Source of the DNA: a virus
Lineage: Duplodnaviria > Caudoviricetes
IMG/VR virus record: IMGVR_UViG_3300046115_000144
Span: 1 to 25,342 of that record
Reading direction: 5' to 3' (one strand)
DNA: 25,342 nucleotides
The notes below the pieces were generated by a model. It made no database searches and was not told the origin of the DNA. It saw only the letters and a list, made by a program, of their open reading frames with translations. The translations under genes and the position numbers were made by a program. Positions 9,401-17,004 of this stretch are shown here, one piece after another (position 1 is the first letter of the stretch; every line of letters begins with the position of its first letter).

Positions 9401-12370
9401 CACGGCCTTGGCCTGCTCCAGGGCCGCCACCTTGGCCGCCAGCTCCTCCGGCGGATAGAGCTCGGGCCTTGCCCTGAGGTCGGCGATGGTCCTGTCGATG
9501 GTGGAGAGGAGATCGGATTCGGCAGTGACGGCTTTGAGCGGGTCTTCCTCTGCGCCGCCCTTGCCCTTGCCCTCGGGCTTGTCCCGAGGGTCGAGGATCT
9601 CCCGCACCTCGGCCTCGGACTTGGCGTTGGCGACGCCGTAACGCCTGAGCTCGGCCTCCATGCCGGCAATCTCGGCGTCTTTCTCCTTGCCGATCTGGCG
9701 CGCCGAATCGACGTAGCGCCACATGGACACCAGAGGCTCGACATCCTCCGGCGATTCCGGCTTCAGCGTCCCCGCGCGCTCGGCCTCGGCGTCGGCGAGA
9801 TCGATGACCCGCTTGGCCTCGGCGGCCGCGACTTGCTCGCGCGCCAGCTTGATGGCATCGGGCACGGCATCGCCCGCCGCCACCAGGCGCACCACCTCCG
9901 CGCGCACCACCGGATTGAGCGAGGGCACGGCGCGCTTGTTGAGGCGCTGCCAGTCGAACCAGCGGTCGACGTTGGCGTCGGCGACCTTCAGGGCGACAGT
10001 CTTGAGACGCGATTCCAGCGCCGTCTCCAGCTCGGCGATCTGCGCCTTGGCCTCGGCGCCCACGGGATCGTCGATGCCGCGGCCGCGCAGGGGGGCCGGC
10101 GGCTCGGGCTTCAGGCCGTCGAGCCCATGCGCCTCGATCTGGCCCCGGACGTCGTCGGCGAACTCCTGGGCCACGGCTTTCACGGGCCGCCCGTTGGCCA
10201 CCGCGAGCGCGGCTTCATCGAGCCAAGTCCGGACAGGACCCGGCCTCGACGCCACCGTCTCCAGCAGCGCGGAGACCATGTCGCCACGCAGAGCACGCAG
10301 AGCGTTGGCATCGACGGCCAGAACGTTGCCGGCCCCTGAGATGCGCTCGGCCTCCCGGGACAGCAGGGCGAAGATCTTCTCGTCCTCCTTGAGGAGGCGC
10401 AGCGCGCGGTCGAGCACCTGGGCCCGCTCGGCCAGCAAGGCCTGCCGGGTGTGCCCGCCGAGCAATACCTCCTGCACGATCTCGCGCGGGCCCTGCAGCA
10501 GGTCGGCGATGATGTGGCGGGCTTCGCGCTCGTTGTTGGGCTCGGCCTCGGCCAGCGCCCGGATCACGCCGAGGTGCTCGGCCTTGGCCTCCACGAGATC
10601 GCCGACCAGCGCCGCATGGTTGGGCGCGACCCGACCGGCCAGCACCTCGCCGAAGGCCTCGTCGGAGAGCCTGGCGAGATTGCGCGCCTGGCGCATGGCA
10701 TGCGCCGTGAGCGGCACGGAGCTATCGATGATATCGGGGCGCTCGCGGATCACGCGGGCCGCGTCGATCACGTCGCCCGAGCCTTCCTGCAGGTTCTTGC
10801 GCGCGGCGATCGCCCTGATATCGGCCGGCGTCCAGCCGTCGGCCTCGCGGAACACCGTCGCCGGCAAGGCGATGGGCTCGTGCCCTCCGGCCTCCAGCCG
10901 CTTGGCCAGCGCGAGACGCTGATGCCCGTCCGCCACCACCAGCGAGCCATCGGCCCGCTCGTAGACGATCGCCCGGCCGGCGGCGATGGGATCCCACTGC
11001 GACACCCCAAGCAGCCGCTCGCTCACCCCTTGGGCGTTGCCGCCGCCCTTGAACTGGAACCTCTCGGCATCGAAGCCGATGGCCTGGGCCGGCACCTCCC
11101 TGAATGCCACCGGCTTGCCATCGAGCTTGAACTGTGCGGGAGGGGTGGGCCCGCCATCGGCGAGACGCTCGTAGCCGCCACGCGCCGGCACGACGGGGGA
11201 AACCCCGCTCGCGGGAGGCTCGGCATCGTCGGTGGCGTGGCGGAAGGCCTGGGCGAGCTTGTCCAGCGCCTCGCCCTCGTCGACCATCCCGGGCTTCTTG
11301 CCGGCAATCGCATCCTCGATTTCAGCGGCCTGCCGCGCGCCCTTGATGGCCGGGTCGTCGCTGACACCCACGGCCTTGGCGGCGCGGTGCAGCGCATCGA
11401 TATCGCCCTCGGCGGCCTTGCGGATGGTGGCGGTGGGGGCGGCGCCCTTGGCGGCCGCGTCCAGCGCCTCCTCCGCCGACAGCGGCAATCTTGGCCGCTG
11501 CCAGCCCTCGACCTTGCCCGCAGCGTCGAGGATCGGCTCGCGTCCGGCGCTGCGCTGGAGCCCGCGATAGGCCCCGCGAATGCCCAGATCCGCCGCCACG
11601 CCAAACCCGAAGGCCGTCATGACGTTGAGCGCAGCGTGGCTCACCCCGTAGTCGAGGCCGGCGTCCTTGCGCCAGGACTGCACGAAGGGCTCGGTTACCA
11701 GCTCCGCCCCAGCGTTGACGGCTCCGACCTTGGCCGCATTCCACAGCAGCTCCTTGGCGCCGATCCCGACGCGCCCGAACGGGCCTGCCGCCAGGGCGGC
11801 GAGGTTGATGGGGTCGTACATCTGGCCGGCCATGCCGCCGGCGAAGCGCGTGGCGTAGCCGGCGCCAAAGCCACTGGGAAGCTGGCTCCACACCTCCTCG
11901 AAGCGCTTCTCGGCGTTGCGGGCCTTCTCGCGCGCATCCTCGCGCACGGAGCGGTCGAGCTTGAACACCTCGGCCTTGTCGGGGTGCTTGCGAGACAGCT
12001 CGAAGAGGTGGCGGTCGAACTCCTCGTAGGGGTCGTGCTGCGGCAGCCCCATCTCCAGCGCCGTACTGCTGGGCGAGAAGCGCGTGGGATTGACTAGGCT
12101 GTGGGAGATTCCGGCCTTGGTGACGGCATCGATGCGATCGTCGTAGGCGCGCTCGAGCGCAACGCTGGACGAGTTGGAGTTGTCAACGAGACGGGCCGAG
12201 TGGAAGGCCGCGCCGAACAGGGACCTCGGATCGAGCTCTTGCTCCGGCACCTCGACGCCACCGCCGATATCATGCACCTTCCCGCCCTCGGTGGGGCGGA
12301 AAGAGATCAGCGATGAGGGCTCCCCGCGGGCGCTCGAGCCTGCGGGGAGGACGGGGTTTTCGGAGTACAT
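494..12370 (-). CDS. giant polyvalent internal virion/ejection protein, 3958 aa (ParB-like, PBECR-like nuclease, GNAT, HsdS-TRD-like, GFYS module, GcrA-like HTH arrays, HExxH metallopeptidase, degenerate LPD23, HTH)
   Basis: 11.9-kb ORF among the ejection genes. Motifs: ParB-like VVADGHQRL (~10780-11130); PBECR-like HIWEKR...KIMTAF (~8790-9040); GNAT PEARNLGAA...FYASLGF (~8255-8560); HELVH (4334-4348) with downstream QEAVAH; LPD23-like EIFRLTNWYR...YPEL (~3190-3940); C-terminal HTH GMSFTNAAREVGLGNDTLRRW (~1215-1330). Confidence 0.9.
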   Translation of the reverse strand: MYSENPVLPAGSSARGEPSSLISFRPTEGGKVHDIGGGVEVPEQELDPRSLFGAAFHSARLVDNSNSSSVALERAYDDRIDAVTKAGISHSLVNPTRFSPSSTALEMGLPQHDPYEEFDRHLFELSRKHPDKAEVFKLDRSVREDAREKARNAEKRFEEVWSQLPSGFGAGYATRFAGGMAGQMYDPINLAALAAGPFGRVGIGAKELLWNAAKVGAVNAGAELVTEPFVQSWRKDAGLDYGVSHAALNVMTAFGFGVAADLGIRGAYRGLQRSAGREPILDAAGKVEGWQRPRLPLSAEEALDAAAKGAAPTATIRKAAEGDIDALHRAAKAVGVSDDPAIKGARQAAEIEDAIAGKKPGMVDEGEALDKLAQAFRHATDDAEPPASGVSPVVPARGGYERLADGGPTPPAQFKLDGKPVAFREVPAQAIGFDAERFQFKGGGNAQGVSERLLGVSQWDPIAAGRAIVYERADGSLVVADGHQRLALAKRLEAGGHEPIALPATVFREADGWTPADIRAIAARKNLQEGSGDVIDAARVIRERPDIIDSSVPLTAHAMRQARNLARLSDEAFGEVLAGRVAPNHAALVGDLVEAKAEHLGVIRALAEAEPNNEREARHIIADLLQGPREIVQEVLLGGHTRQALLAERAQVLDRALRLLKEDEKIFALLSREAERISGAGNVLAVDANALRALRGDMVSALLETVASRPGPVRTWLDEAALAVANGRPVKAVAQEFADDVRGQIEAHGLDGLKPEPPAPLRGRGIDDPVGAEAKAQIAELETALESRLKTVALKVADANVDRWFDWQRLNKRAVPSLNPVVRAEVVRLVAAGDAVPDAIKLAREQVAAAEAKRVIDLADAEAERAGTLKPESPEDVEPLVSMWRYVDSARQIGKEKDAEIAGMEAELRRYGVANAKSEAEVREILDPRDKPEGKGKGGAEEDPLKAVTAESDLLSTIDRTIADLRARPELYPPEELAAKVAALEQAKAVLEAPELSERKTLSLPGRKPGESSAAPAAKDVEPAVPTIEVPGIRIAEGPPDHVKAYRQQADAIADKSARLKAAADADPEHIAALQSQLERRQLMIAEATRLPQGVFAPTELAWAGLPQAELRANLQHIWEKRTGKDDPARHGDLSTHEKIAAHIAHVLAAPTYAQFDGGTGVRLIRLGKENDGVVVIGIREADRGRLKIMTAFNQMRSDTIARLSAALHQQGPEALKWQKAPERAGEILALISQVPPRNRGPSWHSFRRQLVQSQEDAAPLKAVAGELDSPVVDFAPGGGERVVEYGPTRIRYSVEPDGGVYLEYLRTFPEARNLGAARSAMQRFVAAADEAGKAVSLIVEGAKGVDDARLGMFYASLGFREGKDGFWRREPDTAPMKAVAGERQAPKGADKHLTYGRELGIHADMRTNFPEADFWIVRKGSDDKVGSVTREFSPEHIGVLVRNHNILPDYLYYALMHAHQQGYFKERAHGTLRSKNIKLSDAKAVPVEGPMYPDIFPAKAVLGESDGAVQRRAFDQLGFYSQALEAAKALKQAKGTPEQMRSMLTKGTGVKEAELAATGLDKFLEGKRSVTKVEIVKHLEENRVSVKEAVYRNDTDGVTFGNDPDDPATTLVANREGTIIAEISPQGDGTLLVQRRAGRSDNGWTEASGDMVVHDMEAAKKLFSPLRWPEYQIDRGNRTNRESVLHLPGRPFNFETQFEDRVATFTDSHFPNEPNPIVNTGTSIQKDGDGKAVGVLDRFQPQWAQSIRDSVRNAYAKTMFESEHQAKLADLTKRHEEADAALYELRDEINRRLFAWNPELGEKWLTPPVGRVSVKDGLDQISDLIRNRVDAGKIIPVEMRARYSKLGTQRGLLDQEIEATPALTSFKALSKKQKAAVSKAIDKDRKAGALKGGVRDEAKVASLLDQIKQAEQAQRNILDEASRWLPDGEKSAMPNGGNPSEVWAALSRWHDETPAGTRDEEGRSIVAQAFRHLNAIRHANERLGLLDAELQTAKAAVPSHPLVDTTDQAMETGLRWVVRQFIDADVDKIAISPAQALIDRAEGANNPQGMRSFYDEILPRALLKYLQSLDPSIKGPSQEGLFSSMDGRAFSHRLDHLDRPGEERGKPIQFHVFPLTEKVKAVVTEEGQPLLAAAQRTGRDFLPEGEEGTGAGAGGDWIDEHWDALSRRATAGEISHAYQSVGEAAQRVAQRIVPKSALEMEAGDLFKAARALEDSLRKADAGADEIAKAVNERFGSRVTPEEVASGKVWWRAEELSAAEKKAARGLLNEGQLAELDKVWGDPKQSLARMAELMSEVAEQPITARQIAEIALADRERFPDRRGIVARPGGKPLLDADELAELERLWKTKLSVPEIAEQMRELFQRSDISTASIGWQAHRDRARFPDRRALNPGRLEAVPRVWTEPRMAELERVWNDPANAAWSAVDVARHMSEATGREVTPDAVRSLVKSDRVRFPARQEKPWTEGERRLAGMSHVPANPVVAAPLLSELFGRRITPQEIARERAAASGVGTETKAAPAARAAPAAQSAAAAKGMVPDELVSDSLAREAINSRVAAGAPIAIRAGIVDRTLAALAPHLDLIPEGFSVGTLARIEPTVAPAEARRIARGRGGVGDVRVRAVIRYTDGSTREIEGSWKWFKGARALTFANPALREVIFFRAGLSGGFEHSLRGDLWHELVHVIFQVDTGPNRRLLDLLVDHANKLRILDMSLSDYLEKVGRSDAVDITGETLRQRYEREYAGLRSKDHRLAQEAVAHLVELIYHRALPLEDIRPIAPLLKQLFDGRSGHASRLLQGLEDGEPLLAVIGRQGRSADLMLLDAAQRMERAGRVDTEIFRLTNWYREGAGQWASERSDIKTSLSPAVEAAFVDARKGQSMRGSAEAFLRNAHQLQDYPELRGISVTLERGDIRDLPAGVADLEAGTIHIRAGTPREAAKKLVVELHRFIARREGMAEGGTPASALEVVRQAAGDLDREAAAVLEQLAALPRLATAVRRAFGRNEAEQALLDDLAKLQAMREELELLPMQEAYRRLGGTVAGRNIEQRFGWTQEMRSRMAPIESEDTPRKSQLIAEGPSRQFAQDEDEWQKELWDALSQRSHRIEQAVERKEARPDFAGQPAHAKEAPHPLQKAVAEFERAQMAAGRTVEEVAAAIEAKFGFPVDPLKVAQREVWWRVDDIIAAETGGKGRGRSVGWRFEDNAELARLHKEGMKVADMAAHMAQPQWLDRRVSRAAIETRLRQRGLVSVTRKGPLSEVWTEARNDLIERLHDDLVAKEIASAGRLDQRAPARIVTELTQRLQADIAEEAAREGRPVRRISERAVKDQMQRLGIERRVAGLPDFWSADRDALLTRLWQETPTAKNGRVKAVAAKISLETGRELSDRAVYRRLLDIGVIDRSRGQWTPEMVAMLTSDEIARLTAADAAAVLSARFPGTHVSRQAIIGKRNRLGQDLDEQLRAAERFGVPVNRILEEDLGDPARALAEAEKAMAPILDAWRYVRWVKSQPVPERLGAFLVRMGGVKDEGGDLTVRGRGGKSRGAGQQLPGLLNKGGLSLDDATLRAWEAGYLTGAERPAINDLLEMLSTDLRGQPVVREMDKELWLHIRELPELENELARYGLQTARTEAEARQTLARRGTVEKAPGIEEKGAGGAGDPAQPARGYGALGPDEEPPFPAVTAEDRATQVDRIKRGLALVEEGMSFTNAAREVGLGNDTLRRWKKRVDAGEEVRIEAPTSQRLGEGEIAGLSQQRREALVVPAGFRREGRLAWDESYVLRSGEEEPFKAVAGEPQLEAWRVGLMSNHGKPFGGLRYIPLEGSDVRTGGTDLTTHVRGLLSYRSPNSKQPHWNPVSQFTPDELRAYLGPLADDLLGQPLTTKHYPGGRGGAGSRIEAHELTVPRKAYLGEYWEANKQRTTESAERQALQAQRDREWEGAAPARGDVAAGEVKDAQKASDLSELVKACKA

Positions 12371-12383
12371 CTCAATCCCAGGG

Positions 12384-15300
12384 CTAGGGCTTGGTCGAGG
12401 TGAGCCGCCCGCGTTGCGCGGCGGCAGGCAGGCGCGCGCGACGCTCGGCCTTGGTCAGGCCATGGCGGGCCTCGAGGTCGAAGGCCTCGCGCTCCTGCGT
12501 TCGGTCAGCGTAGGGGCCCGCAGTGTCGAACCCGAAGCGCTCCTTGTTCTGGATGTGATGCTGGGTCTCGTGCAGCAAGGTTTTCAGGAAATCGTCCTCG
12601 CTCTTGATGCGATCGAGGTTGACGCCGACCACCCTGCCCTTCCCATCGCCGAAGGCGGCCCCGGAGGCCGCGCTCTTACCGGCAGCACGGAATATGACTT
12701 TCACGTCCTTGAGGTCGGGATAGGCCGCGAACAGGTCCGGGTGGTCCAGTATGTGACCCAGCGTCGTCTCCCCCTCCTGCTCCGGCAACTTGGTTGCGCG
12801 CGCGGCGCTATCGTCGATCTCGTTGCGCCACTTGTCGTCCTGCCCCCTGAACCAGCCGGTCTTCTCCCAGATCTCGCGCGCGGGGGTGTCGATGGTCGTC
12901 AGCTCCTTGGCCTCGGCCAGCGCCGCCTTGTCTGCGGTAGCCGAGCCCTCGCCAGCGAACGTGGTCTTCTCGATGGGAGGACCGGACCCTTCCTCGGCCA
13001 GCCGCCCGGGCCCGCCGAGGTTCATCCGCCCGCCCATGTCCGTCATGCTGGGTGGGCTAAGCACCGGCTCGACATACCCCAGGTACAGATCGGGACGCCG
13101 CTTGCGCAGCAGCGGCTCCAGCTGGTTGACGTCGAGCACGTAGCGCTTGCCCATGCCGTTCTCGACCCACTGCGGGTCGGCGCCCTGAGGGTCGCCGATC
13201 GCCATCCAGTATTGGCCTGGACCGACTGTGACCATGGTGGCGCGGCGCAGCACGCCCATCGACAGGGGATTGCCCGCTCCCGTTGCGGGACCGGCCCCGA
13301 ACGCATCGAGGAGGTCGCCATCCCTCAGCGTCGACAGGATGTCGCCAAAGCCTGCTTGCTTCATGTTGCTCGGCACCACCACGGGGCTGCCGCGGCCGAT
13401 GCCGAAGAGGCCGGGGCTCTGGTAGTAGAGCCCACCGTAGGTCGTGCCCTTGCTGACGTGCTCGCCCAAGGCCTCCTTCAGGCCCTGCTTCCACAGCTCC
13501 GCGTCGAATTTGGTGATGTTGCCCTTGCGGAAGGCGCGGGTCTCGAAGATTTCGTCGGCCGTGGCGATGACGGCCGCGTCGTTCCCCGGCAGGGCCTGGA
13601 AGGTGGTGCCAAGGGCTGCGCGCGCGGTCGTCTTGTGCTCGTCGCCGTCGCTACCCCCGCCGTGGATGATGGCCTTGAAGTTCTTGTCCTTCTTGAGCTC
13701 GACGGCCTGTGCCGCATCCTTGGCCGCTTGCATGGTGGCGCCGTTGTTCTTGCCGGCATCCACCGCCATGCCGCCGATCCACGCCGCGACAGGCATGTCC
13801 TTGGCGAACTCTCCCATGGCAAGCCTGGCATCCGGCCCGAAGTTGGCGACGATCCGGCCCAGCACCCCCATCATCGGCTCTCCCCCCTTGCGCACGACGT
13901 CGACGAGCGCATCCTTCTCGTTCTTGGTGAAGAAGATGGGGGCCTGGTTGTAGTAGGCGCCGACCTGGCGCGCCTGCTCGGCCCGCTTCTGCAGGGCCGC
14001 GTCGTCGTTGAACTTCTCGAGCAGATCATCGACGGGGACGATGCCGACACGGTTGGCCCACGTCAGGGGATCGGTGTTGATTTGCGTGCGCATGTTGGCG
14101 AGAGTGGCCTCGACGTGCTTGAGGCGCTTCTGCGCCGCCTCCGTCATACCCTCGCGTAAGACGCGCTGGCGCTCGTCGCCCACCATCTTCTCCAGCTGCA
14201 TCGGCGGCATCTTGTTGAGCTGGGAGGTCAGCTCCGCCAACCCCAAGGTGGACACAAAGTGCGCGTTCAGCGTCGGGTCGTTGAACTCCTTGACCCGGCG
14301 CGCCAGGTCCTCGAGCATCGGCGCCGGCAGCGCATAGCCGTTCTGGGCCACGGCCTCGAACTTGGTGATCTCCTTCTCCATCCCGGCCAGCAGCGCCTTG
14401 CGCCGCGTCTCGAGCTGCCCGTGGATGGCTTTGCGCTCGGCAAGCGAGAGATTCTGGTAGGGCCCGTCGTAGGTCGCCTCACCCTTCTCCTCGCCGTCCC
14501 ACAGGGGCTTCATCGCGCCCTCGGTGACCACGGTGGTGGGCTTGCCCTCGGCGGATGCCGGGGGTTTGCCCGTTGGCACTGCATCCCCCGCCGAAGGCAA
14601 CACCGCGCCGCCCCCGGGGACCGGAGGCGTAGCGAACTCGCGCGCATAGTCCAGCACGCTCGAGCGATTGCGGTCAGCCGAATTGGTCCGGCCGCCTGAT
14701 TCGAGTGCCGCCCGTGTCGAGCCGATGCCACCCAGATGCAGCATGGCTCTCAGGCCATCCTGGGTGATGGTCACGCCGGCGACGTTCTGACCGATATACT
14801 TCTCGAGACCCGCCCGCCTGATCTCCCGATCCATTTCTCCAGCGTGCACTTCGTAGGCAGCTTCCTGCGCCTCGGGGTTGGCAAGAAACTGGTCGACCGT
14901 CTTGATGTCGGGGAAGCCTTCGATGTTGAAGCTGCCGGACCATTTGTTGCCGGACCAGCCACCGCGCGCAGACTTGTCGGTGATGTTTTCACCAGCCCCA
15001 GGCTTATAAATCCCCAGCGTCGCGAGCCGCGGCGCGCCGAACTGATAGAGACCTGCAAAGCCATCTTCGTTGATGATGTCCGCTTGCGCGGTCGACTCGC
15101 GCGCCTTCAACTTGGCGCGGAAGAAATCGCTTCCCGAGCGGTCGACGGGTCGCGCTTTGCCCGGCGCGCTAACGAATAAGGTCCCGGTGACCCTGTTGAA
15201 GTCGTCGCCGGTATTGGCCCCCAGCGCCTCGGCAAGACCTGCGGTCTTGTCGGCGCTCTTCAAGAACTCCTTGCGCACCCGGTATTTGTCGGCGGGGTTC

Positions 15301-15884
15301 ATGGGCGAGAGGTCGATGACGCCGAGGCCCTCGCTCTTGAAGCCCGGCAGCCGAGCCGGCGCCCCCTCGATGTCTTTGAGCGTCTTGCCCAGCGCCTCGC
15401 CCAGGCTCTCCTTCTCGTAGCGATCGCGCTCGACGACCTGGTAGGTCAACGCCTTGGTGGAGAGCCCCCCGCCGATCTCCAGGAGCTTGGTGTCGACCTT
15501 CTGCCTGAGACGGTTGGGGAAATTGCCGCCCTCCTTGCCGAAGAACTCGCGCGCGCGCTCGCCGTAGCCCTGATACCAGCCGTCCTGGAAGCCGTCGCCG
15601 CCGGGCTGTATGGTGCGCTTGTGCTCCTCATAGGCCTGCTCCTCGGCACGCCGGAACTCGATGAGACGCTTGGTGGCCTCGTAGTCCTCCTGCTCCTCGG
15701 CCTTCTTGATCAAGGCCTCGCCGAACTCGCCGATGCCCTTGCCGAGCCCGGCCAGCGACTTGGACGCGGAAGCCGCCTCCGTGCCGATGACGGAGGCGTC
15801 CGCACGCGCAAGCCCGCGCGGCGGCTGCACCGCGGGAACGGGCGGCAGCCCACCCAGATCGTCGCGTGAGGGAAGCCTTGCCAT
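12384..15884 (-). CDS. internal virion protein, 1166 aa, with lysozyme-fold/lytic transglycosylase domain and C-terminal LPD23 metallopeptidase domain
   Basis: Muralytic motifs ARES...GFAGLYQFG...FLANPEAQE...MLHLGG...DRNRSSVLDY (~14635-15130). LPD23 motifs IWEKTGWFRGQDDKWRNEIDD, LDHPDLFAAYPDL, LLHETQHHIQ, EREAF (~12420-12960). Confidence 0.85.
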   Translation of the reverse strand: MARLPSRDDLGGLPPVPAVQPPRGLARADASVIGTEAASASKSLAGLGKGIGEFGEALIKKAEEQEDYEATKRLIEFRRAEEQAYEEHKRTIQPGGDGFQDGWYQGYGERAREFFGKEGGNFPNRLRQKVDTKLLEIGGGLSTKALTYQVVERDRYEKESLGEALGKTLKDIEGAPARLPGFKSEGLGVIDLSPMNPADKYRVRKEFLKSADKTAGLAEALGANTGDDFNRVTGTLFVSAPGKARPVDRSGSDFFRAKLKARESTAQADIINEDGFAGLYQFGAPRLATLGIYKPGAGENITDKSARGGWSGNKWSGSFNIEGFPDIKTVDQFLANPEAQEAAYEVHAGEMDREIRRAGLEKYIGQNVAGVTITQDGLRAMLHLGGIGSTRAALESGGRTNSADRNRSSVLDYAREFATPPVPGGGAVLPSAGDAVPTGKPPASAEGKPTTVVTEGAMKPLWDGEEKGEATYDGPYQNLSLAERKAIHGQLETRRKALLAGMEKEITKFEAVAQNGYALPAPMLEDLARRVKEFNDPTLNAHFVSTLGLAELTSQLNKMPPMQLEKMVGDERQRVLREGMTEAAQKRLKHVEATLANMRTQINTDPLTWANRVGIVPVDDLLEKFNDDAALQKRAEQARQVGAYYNQAPIFFTKNEKDALVDVVRKGGEPMMGVLGRIVANFGPDARLAMGEFAKDMPVAAWIGGMAVDAGKNNGATMQAAKDAAQAVELKKDKNFKAIIHGGGSDGDEHKTTARAALGTTFQALPGNDAAVIATADEIFETRAFRKGNITKFDAELWKQGLKEALGEHVSKGTTYGGLYYQSPGLFGIGRGSPVVVPSNMKQAGFGDILSTLRDGDLLDAFGAGPATGAGNPLSMGVLRRATMVTVGPGQYWMAIGDPQGADPQWVENGMGKRYVLDVNQLEPLLRKRRPDLYLGYVEPVLSPPSMTDMGGRMNLGGPGRLAEEGSGPPIEKTTFAGEGSATADKAALAEAKELTTIDTPAREIWEKTGWFRGQDDKWRNEIDDSAARATKLPEQEGETTLGHILDHPDLFAAYPDLKDVKVIFRAAGKSAASGAAFGDGKGRVVGVNLDRIKSEDDFLKTLLHETQHHIQNKERFGFDTAGPYADRTQEREAFDLEARHGLTKAERRARLPAAAQRGRLTSTKP

Positions 15885-15890
15885 TTCAGG

Positions 15891-16568
15891 TTATCCGAAA
15901 CGATAGGGGCTGGCGGACGCCGACGTGCCCGACGGCGTGCCCGACGGCGTGCCGCCGAAGCGCAGCGCCAGATTAGAGACCGCGCCGAGGATGGTGGACG
16001 CCGCATCGATGCGGCTGGCCTTGCGCGCGTAGCGCCCGGCGATGCGGTCGGCCGCAGCCTCATAGCGGGCGCCGCCGGCCATGGCGTCGAAGGTGCGCGC
16101 CTGCGCCTCGGCGCCGGCACGCTTGATGGTGCCGCCAGCAACGGCACGCTCCTCCTGCAAGGTGCCGTAGCCGGAGATGTCCTCGGCGAGCTTTAGGCTC
16201 GACGCATCCGTCGCCGAGAACCCGGACGCGGCGCCGCGCGCCTGCAGGGTCGACAGCGCCAGCTCCTTCTTGTGCTTGAGCTCGCCGGCGTCGCTCTGGG
16301 CCTGGGCCAGCATGTTCTTGCCGGACTCACGCTCGAGCCGCCCCTTCTCGTCGAGCTGCAGGGCCTCGTATTCCCGCGAGCGGGCCTTGGACTCGTAGGC
16401 CTGCTCCTTCGCCTTGCCGGCACCGATGGTGCCGAGCGCACTGACGCCACCTCCCGCGATGGCGGCGCTAGCGCCGATCACCGAAAGCGTGACGGGGTCC
16501 CAGCATGGCTGGAACGAGAGGCATCCGCCCCGCCAGCCTCCAAGGCCCCAGGCTGCTGGATTAAGCAT
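15891..16568 (-). CDS. small internal virion/ejection protein (T7 gp14-like position), 225 aa
   Basis: ATG overlaps the TGA of the upstream gene (TGATG). DPVTL followed by a Gly/Ala hydrophobic helix, a coiled coil and a GAASG motif, typical of small ejection proteins. Confidence 0.75.
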   Translation of the reverse strand: MLNPAAWGLGGWRGGCLSFQPCWDPVTLSVIGASAAIAGGGVSALGTIGAGKAKEQAYESKARSREYEALQLDEKGRLERESGKNMLAQAQSDAGELKHKKELALSTLQARGAASGFSATDASSLKLAEDISGYGTLQEERAVAGGTIKRAGAEAQARTFDAMAGGARYEAAADRIAGRYARKASRIDAASTILGAVSNLALRFGGTPSGTPSGTSASASPYRFG

Positions 16569-16936
16569 CAGGCATCCCCGCTCCAGCGGTAGAAGTGTTG
16601 CGATCGCTCATCGAACTCGAAACCGAGGCTCGCCAGCCACAAGCCGGCGCGCGGCTCGAGCGGTGAGATCTCCGCGTAGATGGTGCGGATGCCACCGGCC
16701 CGCGCGGCAGCCAAGAACCTCTTGGCGGCACGGGCAATCGTCATCTTGTAGGGACGCAGCTCCGGGTTGACATCGCAGAACGCATACCAGCGCCCCTGCT
16801 TCAGGCCGATGCCGCCAAAGCCCACCATCACCCCGTCAATCTCGGCGACGAGGGCGCGGATGGTCGGCTTACTCGGCAGGTCATGGCAGAAGGCAGCGAT
16901 GTCCTCAGGTGTCGCAGGACGCACCACCACAACCAT
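16568..16936 (-). CDS. GNAT-fold virion-associated protein (T7 gp13-like position), 122 aa; start revised to ATG 16936
   Basis: GGAG RBS before MVVVVRPATPEDI; GNAT-type VRPAT.ED start and WLASLGF end; located between nozzle and ejection genes. Confidence 0.8.
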   Translation of the reverse strand: MVVVVRPATPEDIAAFCHDLPSKPTIRALVAEIDGVMVGFGGIGLKQGRWYAFCDVNPELRPYKMTIARAAKRFLAAARAGGIRTIYAEISPLEPRAGLWLASLGFEFDERSQHFYRWSGDA

Positions 16937-17004
16937 ATCGTTTTGCTCCGCGAGCCAGGTGATCGAGAGTCGAGCGCCCGGAACATCGGGAGCCCTAACT
17001 GATC

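Noticed and set aside
15920-15955. 12-bp tandem repeat encoding GTPS-GTPS-GTS
   Set aside because: Short low-complexity tail duplication with no evidence of a special function.
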